NCBI GenBank assembly: GCA_964016885.1
Contig: OZ024744.1
Location: 132,246,001-132,310,000 of the forward strand
Source: Eledone cirrhosa
Lineage: Eukaryota
Reading direction: 5' to 3'
Length of the DNA: 64,000 bases
Both the position numbers and the translations under genes were made by a program. The notes below the pieces were generated by a model, which was given only the letters and a program-made list of their open reading frames with translations, was not told the origin of the DNA and did not search any database. Of this stretch, positions 36,983 through 49,351 are shown piece after piece (the first letter of the stretch is position 1; every line of letters starts with the position of its first letter).

Positions 36983-39900
36983 AATCGGAGTTACGTTAAG
37001 TTGGGGTTAAGTTAAGTTAGGCTTAACTTAAGTTGGGCTTGAGTTAAGTTGGGGGTAAGTTAAGTTGGGGGTAAGTTAAGTTGGGGTTAATTTAAGTTGG
37101 GGTTAAGTTAAGTGGTGGTTATGTTAAGTTGGGGTTAAGTTAAGTTGGGGTTAAATTAAGTTGGGGTTAAGTTAAGTTGGGTGTAAGTTAAGTTGGGGTT
37201 GAGTGAAGTTGGGGTTAAGTTAAGTTGGGGTTAAGTAGAGTTGGGGTTAAGTTAAGTTGGGGTTAAGTTAAGTTGGTGTTAAGTTGGGGTTAAGTTAAGT
37301 TGGGGTTAAGTTGGGGTTAAGTTAAGTGGTGGTTATGTTAAGTTGGGGTTAACTTAAGTTGGGGTTAATTTAAATTGGGGTTAAGTTAAGTTTGTGGTTA
37401 AGTTAAGTTGGGGTTAAGTTAAGTTGGGGTTAAGTTAAGTTGGGGTTGAGGGAAGTTGGGGTTAAGTTAAGTTGGGGTTAACTTAAGTTGGGTTTAAGTT
37501 AAGTTGCGGTTAAGTTAAGTTGGGACTAAGTTAAGTTAGGGCTAAGTTAAGTTGGGGTTAAGTTAAGTTGGGGCTAAGTTAAGTTGGGTCTAAGTTGAGT
37601 TGGGGTTAAGTTAAGTTGGGGTTAAGTTAAGTTGGGGTTAAATTAAGTTGGGGTTAATTAAGTTGGGGTTATGTTAAGTTGGGGTTAAGTTAAGTTGGGG
37701 TTAAATTAAGTTGGGGTTAAGTTAAGTTGGGTGTAAGTTAAGTTGGGGTTGAGTGAAGTTGGGGTTAAGTTAAGTTGGGGTTAAGTAGAGTTGGGGTTAA
37801 GTTAAGTTGGGGTTAAGTTAAGTTGGTGTTAAGTTGGGGTTAAGTTAGGGCTAAGTTAAGTTGGGGTTAAGTTAAGTTGGGGCTAAGTTAAGTTGGGTCT
37901 AAGTTGAGTTGGGGTTAAGTTAAGTTGGGGTTAAGTTAAGTTGGGGTTAAATTAAGTTGGGGTTAATTAAGTTGGGGTTAAGTTAAGTTGGGGTTAACTT
38001 AAGTTGGGTTTAAGTTAAGTTGCGGTTAAGTTAAGTTGGGGTTAAGTTAAGTTGGGGTTAAGTTAAGTCGGGGTTAATTTAAGTTGGGGTTGAGTTAAGT
38101 TGGGGTTAATTTAAGTTGAGGTTATGTTAAGTTGGGGTTAATTTAAGTTGGGGTTAAGTTAAGTTGGGGTTAAGTTAAGTTGGGGTTAATTTAAGTTGGG
38201 ATTAAGTTCAGTTGGGGTTAAATTAAGTTGATGTTAAGTTAAGCTGGGGTTAAATTAAGTTGGGGTTAAGTTAAGTTGGGGTTAAGTTAAGTTGGGGTTA
38301 AGTTAAGTTAGGCTTAATTTAAGTTGGGGTTATGTTAAGTTGGGATTAAGTTAAGTTGGGGTTAAGTCGAGTTGGGGTTAAGTTAAGTTGGGGTTAGTTA
38401 AGTTGAGTTTAAGTTAAGTTGGGGTTAATTTAAGTTGGGGTTAAGTTAAGTTGGGGTTCAGTTAAGTTGGGGTTAAGTTAAGTTGGGGTTAAGTTAAGTT
38501 GGTTTAAGTTAAGTTGGGGTTAGGTTAAGTTGGGGATAAGTTAAGTTGGGGATAAGCTAAGTTGGGGTTAAGTTAAGTTGGGTTTTAGTTAAGTTGGGGT
38601 TAAGTTAAGTTAGGCTTAACTTAAGTTGGGGTTAAGTTAAGTTGGGGGTAAATTAAGTTGGGGGTAAGTTAAGTTGGGGTTAAGTTAAGTTGGGGTTAAG
38701 TTAAGTGGTGGTTATGTTAAGTTGGGGTTAAGTTAAGTTGGGGTTAAATTAAGTTGGGGTTAAGTTAAGTTGGGTGTAAGTTAAGTTGGGGTTGAGTGAA
38801 GTTGGGGTTAAGTTAAGTTGGGGTTAAGTTAAGTTAGGGTTAATTTAAGTTGGGGTTATGTTAAGTTGGGGTTAAGTTAAGTTGGGGTTAAGTAGAGTTG
38901 GGGTTAAGTTAAGTTGGGGTTAAGTTAAGTTGGTGTTAAGTTGGGGTTAAGTTAAGTCGGGGTTAAGTTAAGTTGGGGTTGAGTTAAGTTGGGGTTAATT
39001 TAAGTTGAGGTTATGTTAAGTTGGGGTTAATTTAAGTTGGGGTTAATTTAAGTTGGGGTTAAGTTAAGTTGGGGTTAAGTTAAGTTGGGGCTAAGTTAAG
39101 TTGGGGCTAAGTTAAGTTGGGGCTAAGTTAAGTTGGGGTTAAGTTAAGTTGGGGTTAAGTTAAGTTGGGTTTAATTTAAGTTGGGGTCAACTTAAGTTGG
39201 GGTTAAGTTGAGTTGGGGCTAAATTAAGTTGGGGTTAATTTAAGTTGGGGCTAAGTTAAGTTGGGGCTGAGTTAAGTTGGGGTTAAGTTAAGTTGGGGTT
39301 AAGTTAAGTTGGGGTTAAGTTAATTTTGGGTTAAGTTAAGTTGTGGTTCAGTTAAGTTGGGGTTAATTTAAGTTTGGGTTAATTTGGGGTTAAATTAAGT
39401 TGGGGTTAAGTTAAGTTGGGGTTAACTTAAGTTGGGGTTAAGTTAAGTTGGGGTTAATTTAAGTTGGGGTTAAGTTAAGTCGGGGTTAAGTTAAGTCGGT
39501 GTTAAGTTAAGTTAGGGTTAAGTTAAGTTGGGGTTAAGTTAAGTTGGCTTTAAGTTAAGCTGGGGTTAAGTTAAGTTGGGGTTAAATTAAGTTGGGGTTA
39601 AGTTAAGTTGGGGTTAGGTTAAGTTTGGGTTAGGTTAAGTTGGGGTTAAATTAAGTTGGGGTTAAGTTAAGTTGGGGTTAAGTTAAGTTGGGGTTAGGTT
39701 AAGTTGGGGATAAGTTAAGTTGGGGATAAATTAAGTTGGGGTTAAGTTAAGTTGGGTTTAAGTTAAGCTGGGGTTAAGTTAAGTTGGGGTTAAATTAAGT
39801 GGGGTTAAGTTAAGTTGGGGTTAAGTTAAGTTTGGGTTAGGTTAAGTTGGGGATTAGTTAAGTTGGGGATAAGTTAAGTTGGGGTTAAGTTAAGTTGGGT

Positions 39901-40270
39901 TTAAGTTAAGTTGTGGTTAAGTTAAGTTGGGGTTAAGTTAAGTTGGGGGTTAAGTTAAGTTGGGGTTAGTTAAGTTTAGTTTAAGTTAAGTTGGGGTTAA
40001 TTTAAGTTGGGGTTAAGTTAAGTTGGGGTTCAGTTAAGTTGGGGATAAGTCAAGTTGGGGTTAAGTTAAGTTGGGGTTAAGTTAAGTTGGGGTTAGGTTA
40101 AGTTGGGGATAAGTTAAGTTGGGGATAAGCTAAGTTGGGGTTAAGTTAAGTTGGGTTTAAGTTAAGTTGGGGTTAAGTTAAGTTGGGGTTAAATTAAGTT
40201 GGAGATAAGTTAAGCTGGGGTTAAATTAAGTTGGGGTTAAGTTAAGTTGGGGTTAGGTTAAGTTGGGGTT

Positions 40271-40550
40271 AACCCCAACTTAACTTAGCCCCAACTTCAC
40301 TCAACCCCAACTTAACTTAACCCCAACTTCACTCAACCCCAACTTAACTCAACCCCAACTTAAGTTAAACCCAACTTAACTTAACCCTAACTTAACTTAA
40401 CCCCGACTTAACTTAACCCCGACTTAACTTAACCCCAACTTAACTTAACCCCAACTTAACTTAACCCCAACTTAACTTAATCCCAACTTGACTTAACCCC
40501 AACTTAACTCACACCCAACTTAACTTACCCCCAACTTAACTTAACCCCAA
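40271..40550 (-). repeat. Inverted island (HOR copy 4)
   Basis: C-rich monomers, AGCCCCAAC variant. Confidence 0.93.
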
Positions 40551-43500
40551 AATCGGAGTTACGTTAAGTTGGGGTTAAGTTAAGTTAGGCTTAACTTAAG
40601 TTGGGCTTGAGTTAAGTTGGGGGTAAGTTAAGTTGGGGGTAAGTTAAGTTGGGGTTAATTTAAGTTGGGGTTAAGTTAAGTGGTGGTTATGTTAAGTTGG
40701 GGTTAAGTTAAGTTGGGGTTAAATTAAGTTGGGGTTAAGTTAAGTTGGGTGTAAGTTAAGTTGGGGTTGAGTGAAGTTGGGGTTAAGTTAAGTTGGGGTT
40801 AAGTAGAGTTGGGGTTAAGTTAAGTTGGGGTTAAGTTAAGTTGGTGTTAAGTTGGGGTTAAGTTAAGTTGGGGTTAAGTTGGGGTTAAGTTAAGTGGTGG
40901 TTATGTTAAGTTGGGGTTAACTTAAGTTGGGGTTAATTTAAATTGGGGTTAAGTTAAGTTTGTGGTTAAGTTAAGTTGGGGTTAAGTTAAGTTGGGGTTA
41001 AGTTAAGTTGGGGTTGAGGGAAGTTGGGGTTAAGTTAAGTTGGGGTTAACTTAAGTTGGGTTTAAGTTAAGTTGCGGTTAAGTTAAGTTGGGACTAAGTT
41101 AAGTTAGGGCTAAGTTAAGTTGGGGTTAAGTTAAGTTGGGGCTAAGTTAAGTTGGGTCTAAGTTGAGTTGGGGTTAAGTTAAGTTGGGGTTAAGTTAAGT
41201 TGGGGTTAAATTAAGTTGGGGTTAATTAAGTTGGGGTTATGTTAAGTTGGGGTTAAGTTAAGTTGGGGTTAAATTAAGTTGGGGTTAAGTTAAGTTGGGT
41301 GTAAGTTAAGTTGGGGTTGAGTGAAGTTGGGGTTAAGTTAAGTTGGGGTTAAGTAGAGTTGGGGTTAAGTTAAGTTGGGGTTAAGTTAAGTTGGTGTTAA
41401 GTTGGGGTTAAGTTAGGGCTAAGTTAAGTTGGGGTTAAGTTAAGTTGGGGCTAAGTTAAGTTGGGTCTAAGTTGAGTTGGGGTTAAGTTAAGTTGGGGTT
41501 AAGTTAAGTTGGGGTTAAATTAAGTTGGGGTTAATTAAGTTGGGGTTAAGTTAAGTTGGGGTTAACTTAAGTTGGGTTTAAGTTAAGTTGCGGTTAAGTT
41601 AAGTTGGGGTTAAGTTAAGTTGGGGTTAAGTTAAGTCGGGGTTAATTTAAGTTGGGGTTGAGTTAAGTTGGGGTTAATTTAAGTTGAGGTTATGTTAAGT
41701 TGGGGTTAATTTAAGTTGGGGTTAAGTTAAGTTGGGGTTAAGTTAAGTTGGGGTTAATTTAAGTTGGGATTAAGTTCAGTTGGGGTTAAATTAAGTTGAT
41801 GTTAAGTTAAGCTGGGGTTAAATTAAGTTGGGGTTAAGTTAAGTTGGGGTTAAGTTAAGTTGGGGTTAAGTTAAGTTAGGCTTAATTTAAGTTGGGGTTA
41901 TGTTAAGTTGGGATTAAGTTAAGTTGGGGTTAAGTCGAGTTGGGGTTAAGTTAAGTTGGGGTTAGTTAAGTTGAGTTTAAGTTAAGTTGGGGTTAATTTA
42001 AGTTGGGGTTAAGTTAAGTTGGGGTTCAGTTAAGTTGGGGTTAAGTTAAGTTGGGGTTAAGTTAAGTTGGTTTAAGTTAAGTTGGGGTTAGGTTAAGTTG
42101 GGGATAAGTTAAGTTGGGGATAAGCTAAGTTGGGGTTAAGTTAAGTTGGGTTTTAGTTAAGTTGGGGTTAAGTTAAGTTAGGCTTAACTTAAGTTGGGGT
42201 TAAGTTAAGTTGGGGGTAAATTAAGTTGGGGGTAAGTTAAGTTGGGGTTAAGTTAAGTTGGGGTTAAGTTAAGTGGTGGTTATGTTAAGTTGGGGTTAAG
42301 TTAAGTTGGGGTTAAATTAAGTTGGGGTTAAGTTAAGTTGGGTGTAAGTTAAGTTGGGGTTGAGTGAAGTTGGGGTTAAGTTAAGTTGGGGTTAAGTTAA
42401 GTTAGGGTTAATTTAAGTTGGGGTTATGTTAAGTTGGGGTTAAGTTAAGTTGGGGTTAAGTAGAGTTGGGGTTAAGTTAAGTTGGGGTTAAGTTAAGTTG
42501 GTGTTAAGTTGGGGTTAAGTTAAGTCGGGGTTAAGTTAAGTTGGGGTTGAGTTAAGTTGGGGTTAATTTAAGTTGAGGTTATGTTAAGTTGGGGTTAATT
42601 TAAGTTGGGGTTAATTTAAGTTGGGGTTAAGTTAAGTTGGGGTTAAGTTAAGTTGGGGCTAAGTTAAGTTGGGGCTAAGTTAAGTTGGGGCTAAGTTAAG
42701 TTGGGGTTAAGTTAAGTTGGGGTTAAGTTAAGTTGGGTTTAATTTAAGTTGGGGTCAACTTAAGTTGGGGTTAAGTTGAGTTGGGGCTAAATTAAGTTGG
42801 GGTTAATTTAAGTTGGGGCTAAGTTAAGTTGGGGCTGAGTTAAGTTGGGGTTAAGTTAAGTTGGGGTTAAGTTAAGTTGGGGTTAAGTTAATTTTGGGTT
42901 AAGTTAAGTTGTGGTTCAGTTAAGTTGGGGTTAATTTAAGTTTGGGTTAATTTGGGGTTAAATTAAGTTGGGGTTAAGTTAAGTTGGGGTTAACTTAAGT
43001 TGGGGTTAAGTTAAGTTGGGGTTAATTTAAGTTGGGGTTAAGTTAAGTCGGGGTTAAGTTAAGTCGGTGTTAAGTTAAGTTAGGGTTAAGTTAAGTTGGG
43101 GTTAAGTTAAGTTGGCTTTAAGTTAAGCTGGGGTTAAGTTAAGTTGGGGTTAAATTAAGTTGGGGTTAAGTTAAGTTGGGGTTAGGTTAAGTTTGGGTTA
43201 GGTTAAGTTGGGGTTAAATTAAGTTGGGGTTAAGTTAAGTTGGGGTTAAGTTAAGTTGGGGTTAGGTTAAGTTGGGGATAAGTTAAGTTGGGGATAAATT
43301 AAGTTGGGGTTAAGTTAAGTTGGGTTTAAGTTAAGCTGGGGTTAAGTTAAGTTGGGGTTAAATTAAGTTGGGGTTAAGTTAAGTTGGGGTTAAGTTAAGT
43401 TTGGGTTAGGTTAAGTTGGGGATTAGTTAAGTTGGGGATAAGTTAAGTTGGGGTTAAGTTAAGTTGGGTTTAAGTTAAGTTGTGGTTAAGTTAAGTTGGG

Positions 43501-43839
43501 GTTAAGTTAAGTTGGGGGTTAAGTTAAGTTGGGGTTAGTTAAGTTTAGTTTAAGTTAAGTTGGGGTTAATTTAAGTTGGGGTTAAGTTAAGTTGGGGTTC
43601 AGTTAAGTTGGGGATAAGTCAAGTTGGGGTTAAGTTAAGTTGGGGTTAAGTTAAGTTGGGGTTAGGTTAAGTTGGGGATAAGTTAAGTTGGGGATAAGCT
43701 AAGTTGGGGTTAAGTTAAGTTGGGTTTAAGTTAAGTTGGGGTTAAGTTAAGTTGGGGTTAAATTAAGTTGGAGATAAGTTAAGCTGGGGTTAAATTAAGT
43801 TGGGGTTAAGTTAAGTTGGGGTTAGGTTAAGTTGGGGTT

Positions 43840-44119
43840 AACCCCAACTTAACTTAGCCCCAACTTCACTCAACCCCAACTTAACTTAACCCCAACTTCA
43901 CTCAACCCCAACTTAACTCAACCCCAACTTAAGTTAAACCCAACTTAACTTAACCCTAACTTAACTTAACCCCGACTTAACTTAACCCCGACTTAACTTA
44001 ACCCCAACTTAACTTAACCCCAACTTAACTTAACCCCAACTTAACTTAATCCCAACTTGACTTAACCCCAACTTAACTCACACCCAACTTAACTTACCCC
44101 CAACTTAACTTAACCCCAA
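43840..44119 (-). repeat. Inverted island (HOR copy 5)
   Basis: C-rich monomers, AGCCCCAAC variant. Confidence 0.93.
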
Positions 44120-47100
44120 AATCGGAGTTACGTTAAGTTGGGGTTAAGTTAAGTTAGGCTTAACTTAAGTTGGGCTTGAGTTAAGTTGGGGGTAAGTTAA
44201 GTTGGGGGTAAGTTAAGTTGGGGTTAATTTAAGTTGGGGTTAAGTTAAGTGGTGGTTATGTTAAGTTGGGGTTAAGTTAAGTTGGGGTTAAATTAAGTTG
44301 GGGTTAAGTTAAGTTGGGTGTAAGTTAAGTTGGGGTTGAGTGAAGTTGGGGTTAAGTTAAGTTGGGGTTAAGTAGAGTTGGGGTTAAGTTAAGTTGGGGT
44401 TAAGTTAAGTTGGTGTTAAGTTGGGGTTAAGTTAAGTTGGGGTTAAGTTGGGGTTAAGTTAAGTGGTGGTTATGTTAAGTTGGGGTTAACTTAAGTTGGG
44501 GTTAATTTAAATTGGGGTTAAGTTAAGTTTGTGGTTAAGTTAAGTTGGGGTTAAGTTAAGTTGGGGTTAAGTTAAGTTGGGGTTGAGGGAAGTTGGGGTT
44601 AAGTTAAGTTGGGGTTAACTTAAGTTGGGTTTAAGTTAAGTTGCGGTTAAGTTAAGTTGGGACTAAGTTAAGTTAGGGCTAAGTTAAGTTGGGGTTAAGT
44701 TAAGTTGGGGCTAAGTTAAGTTGGGTCTAAGTTGAGTTGGGGTTAAGTTAAGTTGGGGTTAAGTTAAGTTGGGGTTAAATTAAGTTGGGGTTAATTAAGT
44801 TGGGGTTATGTTAAGTTGGGGTTAAGTTAAGTTGGGGTTAAATTAAGTTGGGGTTAAGTTAAGTTGGGTGTAAGTTAAGTTGGGGTTGAGTGAAGTTGGG
44901 GTTAAGTTAAGTTGGGGTTAAGTAGAGTTGGGGTTAAGTTAAGTTGGGGTTAAGTTAAGTTGGTGTTAAGTTGGGGTTAAGTTAGGGCTAAGTTAAGTTG
45001 GGGTTAAGTTAAGTTGGGGCTAAGTTAAGTTGGGTCTAAGTTGAGTTGGGGTTAAGTTAAGTTGGGGTTAAGTTAAGTTGGGGTTAAATTAAGTTGGGGT
45101 TAATTAAGTTGGGGTTAAGTTAAGTTGGGGTTAAGTTAAGTTGGGGTTAATTTAAGTTGGGGTTGTGTTAAGTTGGGGTTAAGTTAAGTTGGGGATAAGT
45201 GAAGTTGGGGTTAAATTAAGTTGGGGTTAAGTTAAGTTGGGGTTAGGTTAAGTTGGGGATAAGTTAAGTTGGGGATAAGTTAAGTTGGGGTTAAGTTAAG
45301 TTGGGTTTAAGTTAAGTTGGGGTTAAGTTAAGTCGGGGTTATGTTAAGTCGGTGTTAAGTTAAGTTAGGGTTAAGTTAAGTTGGGGTTAAGTTAAGTTGG
45401 GGTTGAGTTAAGTTGGGGTTGAGTTAAATTGGGGTTGAGTTAAGTTGGGGTTAAGTTAAGTTGGGGTTAAGTTAAGTTGGGGTTAAGTTAAGTTCGGGTT
45501 GAGTTAAGTTGGGGTTACTTCAAGTTGGGGCTAAGTTAAGTTGGGGCTGAGTTAAGTTGGGTGTACGTTAAGTTGGGGTTGACTGAAGTTGGGGTTAAGT
45601 TAAGTTGGGTTAAGTTAAGTTAGGGTTAATTTAAATTGGGGTTAAGTTAACTTTGTGGTTAAGTTAAGTTGGAGTTAAGTTAAGTTGGAGTTAATTTAAG
45701 TTGGGGTTGAGTGAAGTTGGGGTTAAGTTAAGTTGGGGTTAACTTAAGTTGGGGTTAATTTAAGTTGGGGTTAAGTTAAGTTGGGGTTAATTTAAGTTGG
45801 GGTTAAGTTAAGTTTAGGTTAAGTTAAGTTGGGGTTAAATTAAGTTAGGGTTAAGTTAAGTTGGGGTTAAGTTAAGTTGGGGTTAGGTTAAGTTGGGGAT
45901 AAGTTAAGTTGGGGATAAGTTAAGTTGGGGTTAAGTTAAGTTGGGTTTAAGTTAAGTTGGGGTTAAGTTAAGTTGGGGTTTAATTAAGTTGGGGTTGAGT
46001 TAAGTTGGGGTTGACTTAAGTTGGGCTTAAGTTAAGTTGGGGTTAAGTTAAGATGTGGTTAAGTTAAGTTGGGGTTAAGTTAAGTTGGGGTTAAATTAAG
46101 TTGGGGTTAAGTTAAGTTGGGGGTAAGGTAATTTGGTGGTAAGTTAAGTTGGGGGTAAGTTAAGATGGGGCTAAGTTAAGTTGGGGTTAAGTTAATTTGG
46201 GGTTAAGTTAAGTTAGGGTCAAGTTAAGTTGGGGTTGACTTAAGTTGGGGTTAAGTTAAGTTGGGGTTATGTTAAGTTGGGTTTAAGTTAAGTTGGGGTT
46301 AAGTTAAGTTGGGGTTAAGTTAAGTTGCGGTTAAGTTAAGTTGGGGTTAAGTTAAGTTGGGGTTAAGTTAAGTTGGGGTTAAGTTAAGTTGGGGTTAATT
46401 TAAGTTGGGGTTAAATTAAGTTGGGGTTAATTTAAGTTGGGGGTTAAGATAAGTTGGGGTTAAGTTAAGTTGGGGTTAAATTAAGTTGGGGTTAAGTTAA
46501 GTTGGGGTTAATTTAGGTTGGGGTTAAGTTAAGTTGGGGTTGAGTTAAGTTGGGGGTAAGTTAAGTTGGGGGTAAGTTAAGTTGGGTGTAAGTTAAGATG
46601 GGGTTAAGTTAAGTTGGGGTTAAGTTATTTTGGGGTTAAGTTAAGTTGGGGGTAAGTTAAGTTGGTGATAAGTTAAGTTGGGGGTAAGTTAAGTTGGGGT
46701 TAAGTTAAGTTGGGTTAAGTTGGGGTTAAGTTAAGTTAGGGTTAAGTTAAGTTGGGGTTGAGTTAAGTTGGGGTTAAGTTAAGAGGTGGTTATGTTCAGT
46801 TGGGGTTAAGTTAAGTTGGGGTTAAGTTAAGTTGGGGTTAAGTTAAGTTGGGGTTAAGATAAGTTGGGGTTAAGTTAAGTTGGGGTTGAGTTAAGTTGGG
46901 GTTGAGTTAATTTGGGGTTAAGTTAAGTTGGGGTTAACTTAATTTGGGTTTAATTTAAGTTGGGGTTAAGTTAAGTTGGGGTTAAATTAAGTTGGGATTA
47001 AGTTAAGTTGGGTGTACGTTAAGTTGGGGTTGACTGAAGTTGGGGTTAAGTTAAGTTGGTGTTAAGTTAAGTTGGTGTTAGGTTGGGGTTAAGTTAAGTT

Positions 47101-49351
47101 GGGGTTAAGTTGGGGTTAAGTTAAGTGGTGGTTATGTTAAGTTGGGGTTAAGTTAAGTTGGGGTTAATTTAAATTGGGGTTAAGTTAACTTTGTGGTTAA
47201 GTTAAGTTGGAGTTAAGTTAAGTTGGGGTTAAGTTAAGTTGGGGTTAAGTTAAGTTGGGGTTGAGTTAAGTTGGGGTTAATTTAAGTTGAGGTTATTTTA
47301 AGTTGGGGTTAAGTTAAGTTGGGGTTAAGTTAAGTTGGGGTTAAGTTAAGTTGGGGTTAAGTTAAGTTGGGGTTAAGTTAAGTTGGGTTTAAGTTAAGTT
47401 GGGGTTAAATTAAGTTGGGGTTAAATTAAAGTGGGGTTAAGTTAAGTTGGGGGTAAGTTAAGTTGGGGGCAAGTTAAGTTGGTGTTAAGTTAAGTTGGGG
47501 TTAAGTTAAGTTGGGGTTAAGTTAAGTTGGGTTTAAGTTAAGTTGGGACTAAGTTAAGTTAGGGCTAAGTTCAGTTGGGGTAAAGTTAAGTTGGGGCTAA
47601 GTTAAGTTGGGTATAAGTTGAGTTGGGGTTAAGTTAAGTTGGGGTTAAGTTAAGTTGGGGTTAAATTAAGTTGGGGTTAATTAAGTTGGGGTTAAGTTAA
47701 GTTGGGGTTAATTTAAGTTGGGGTTGTGTTAATTTGGGGTTAAGTTAAGTTGGGGTTATATTAAGTTGGGGTTAAGTTAAGTTGGGTTTAAGTTAAGTTG
47801 GGGTTAAGTTAAGTTGGGGTTAAGTTAAGTTAGGGTTAATTTAAGTTGGGGTTATGTTAAGTTGGGGTTAAGTTAAGCTGGGGTTAAGTAGAGTTGGGGT
47901 TAATTTAAGTTGGGGTTAAGTTAAGTTGGTGTTAAGTTGGGGTTAAGTTAAGTTGGGGTTAAGTTGGGGTTAAGTTGAGTGGTGGTTATGTTAAGTTGGG
48001 GTTAAGTTAAGTTGGGGTTAATTTAAATTGGGGTTAAGTTATCTTTGTGGTTAAGTTAAGTTGGAGTTAAGTTAAGTTGGGGTTAAGTTAAGTTGGGGTT
48101 GAGTGAAGTTGGGGTTAAGTTAAGTTGGGGTTAACTTAAGTTGGGGTTAAGTTAAGTTGGGGTTAAATTAAGTTGGGTTAAATTAAGGTGGGGTTAAGTT
48201 AAGTTGGGGGTAAGTTAAGTTGGGGGCAAGTTAAGTTGGTGTTAAGTTAAGTTGGGGTTAAGTTAAGTTGGGGTTAAGTTAAGTTGGGTTTAAGTTAAGT
48301 TGGGACTAAGTTAAGTTAGGGCTAAGTTAAGTTGGGGTTAAGTTAAGTTGGGGCTAAGTTAAGTTGGGTCTAAGTTGAGTTGGGGTTAAGTTAAGTTGGG
48401 GTTAAGTTAAGTTGGGGTTAAATTAAGTTGGGGTTAATTAAGTTGGGGTTAAGTTAAGTTGGGGTTAAGTTAAGTTGGGGTTAATTTAAGTTGGGGTTGT
48501 GTTAAGTTGGGGTTAAGTTAAGTTGGGGATAAGTTAAGTTGGGGTTAAATTAAGTTGGGGGTAAGTTAAGTTGGTGGTAAGTTAAGTTGGGGTTAAGTTA
48601 AGTTGGGGTTAATTTAAATTGGGGTTAATTTAACTTGTGGTTAAGTTAAGTTGGGGTTTATTTAAGTTGGGTTTAAGTTAAGTTGGGGTTGAGTTAAGTT
48701 GGGGTTGAGTGAAGTTGGGGTTAAGTTAAGTCGGGGTTAATTTAAGTTGGGGTTGAGTTAAGTCGGGGTTAATTTAAGTTGGGGCTAAGTTAATTTGTGG
48801 ATAAGTTAAGTTGGGGTTAAGTTAAGTTGGGGTTAAGTTAAGTTGGGGGTAAGTTAAGTTGGGGGCAAGTTAAGTTGGGGTTAAGTTAAGTTGCGGTTAA
48901 GTTAAGTTGGGGTTAAGTTAAGTTGGGTTTAAGTTAAGTTGGGGTTCAGTTAAGTTGGGGTTAAGTTAAGTTGGGGTTAAGTTAAGTTGGGGTTGAGTTA
49001 AGTTGGGGCTTAATTAAGTTGGGGTTGAGTTAAGTTGGGGTTGAGTTAAGTGGGGGTTGAGTTAAGTTGGGGTTAAGCTAAGTTGGGGTTAAGTTAAATT
49101 GAGGTTAAGTTAACTTGGGTTTGAGTTAAGTTGGGGTTAAGTTAAGTTGGTGTTAAGTTCAGTTCAGGTTAACTTAACTTGGGGTTAAGTTAAGTTGGGG
49201 TTGAGTTAAGTTGGGGTTGAGTTAAGTTGGGGTTAAGTTAAGTTGGGGTTAACTTAAGTTGGGGTTAAGTTAAGTTGGGGTTAATTTAAGTTGGGGTTCA
49301 GTTAAATTGAGGTTAAGATAACTTGGGTTTGCGTTAAGATGGGGTTAAGTT

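Larger units (their letters stand above)
27285..45130 (+). repeat. Higher-order repeat, ~3569 bp x 5 near-identical copies
   Basis: Island starts at 29565, 33134, 36703, 40271 and 43840 (spacing 3569, 3569, 3568, 3569). The rare TTGATGTT variant recurs at the same period (27523, 31092, ...). Confidence 0.93.
23505..49351 (+). repeat. G-rich 16-bp satellite block, ~25.8 kb, with 8 inverted islands
   Basis: Continuous 16-mer array that begins with an inverted island fused to the AT block. Confidence 0.97.
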
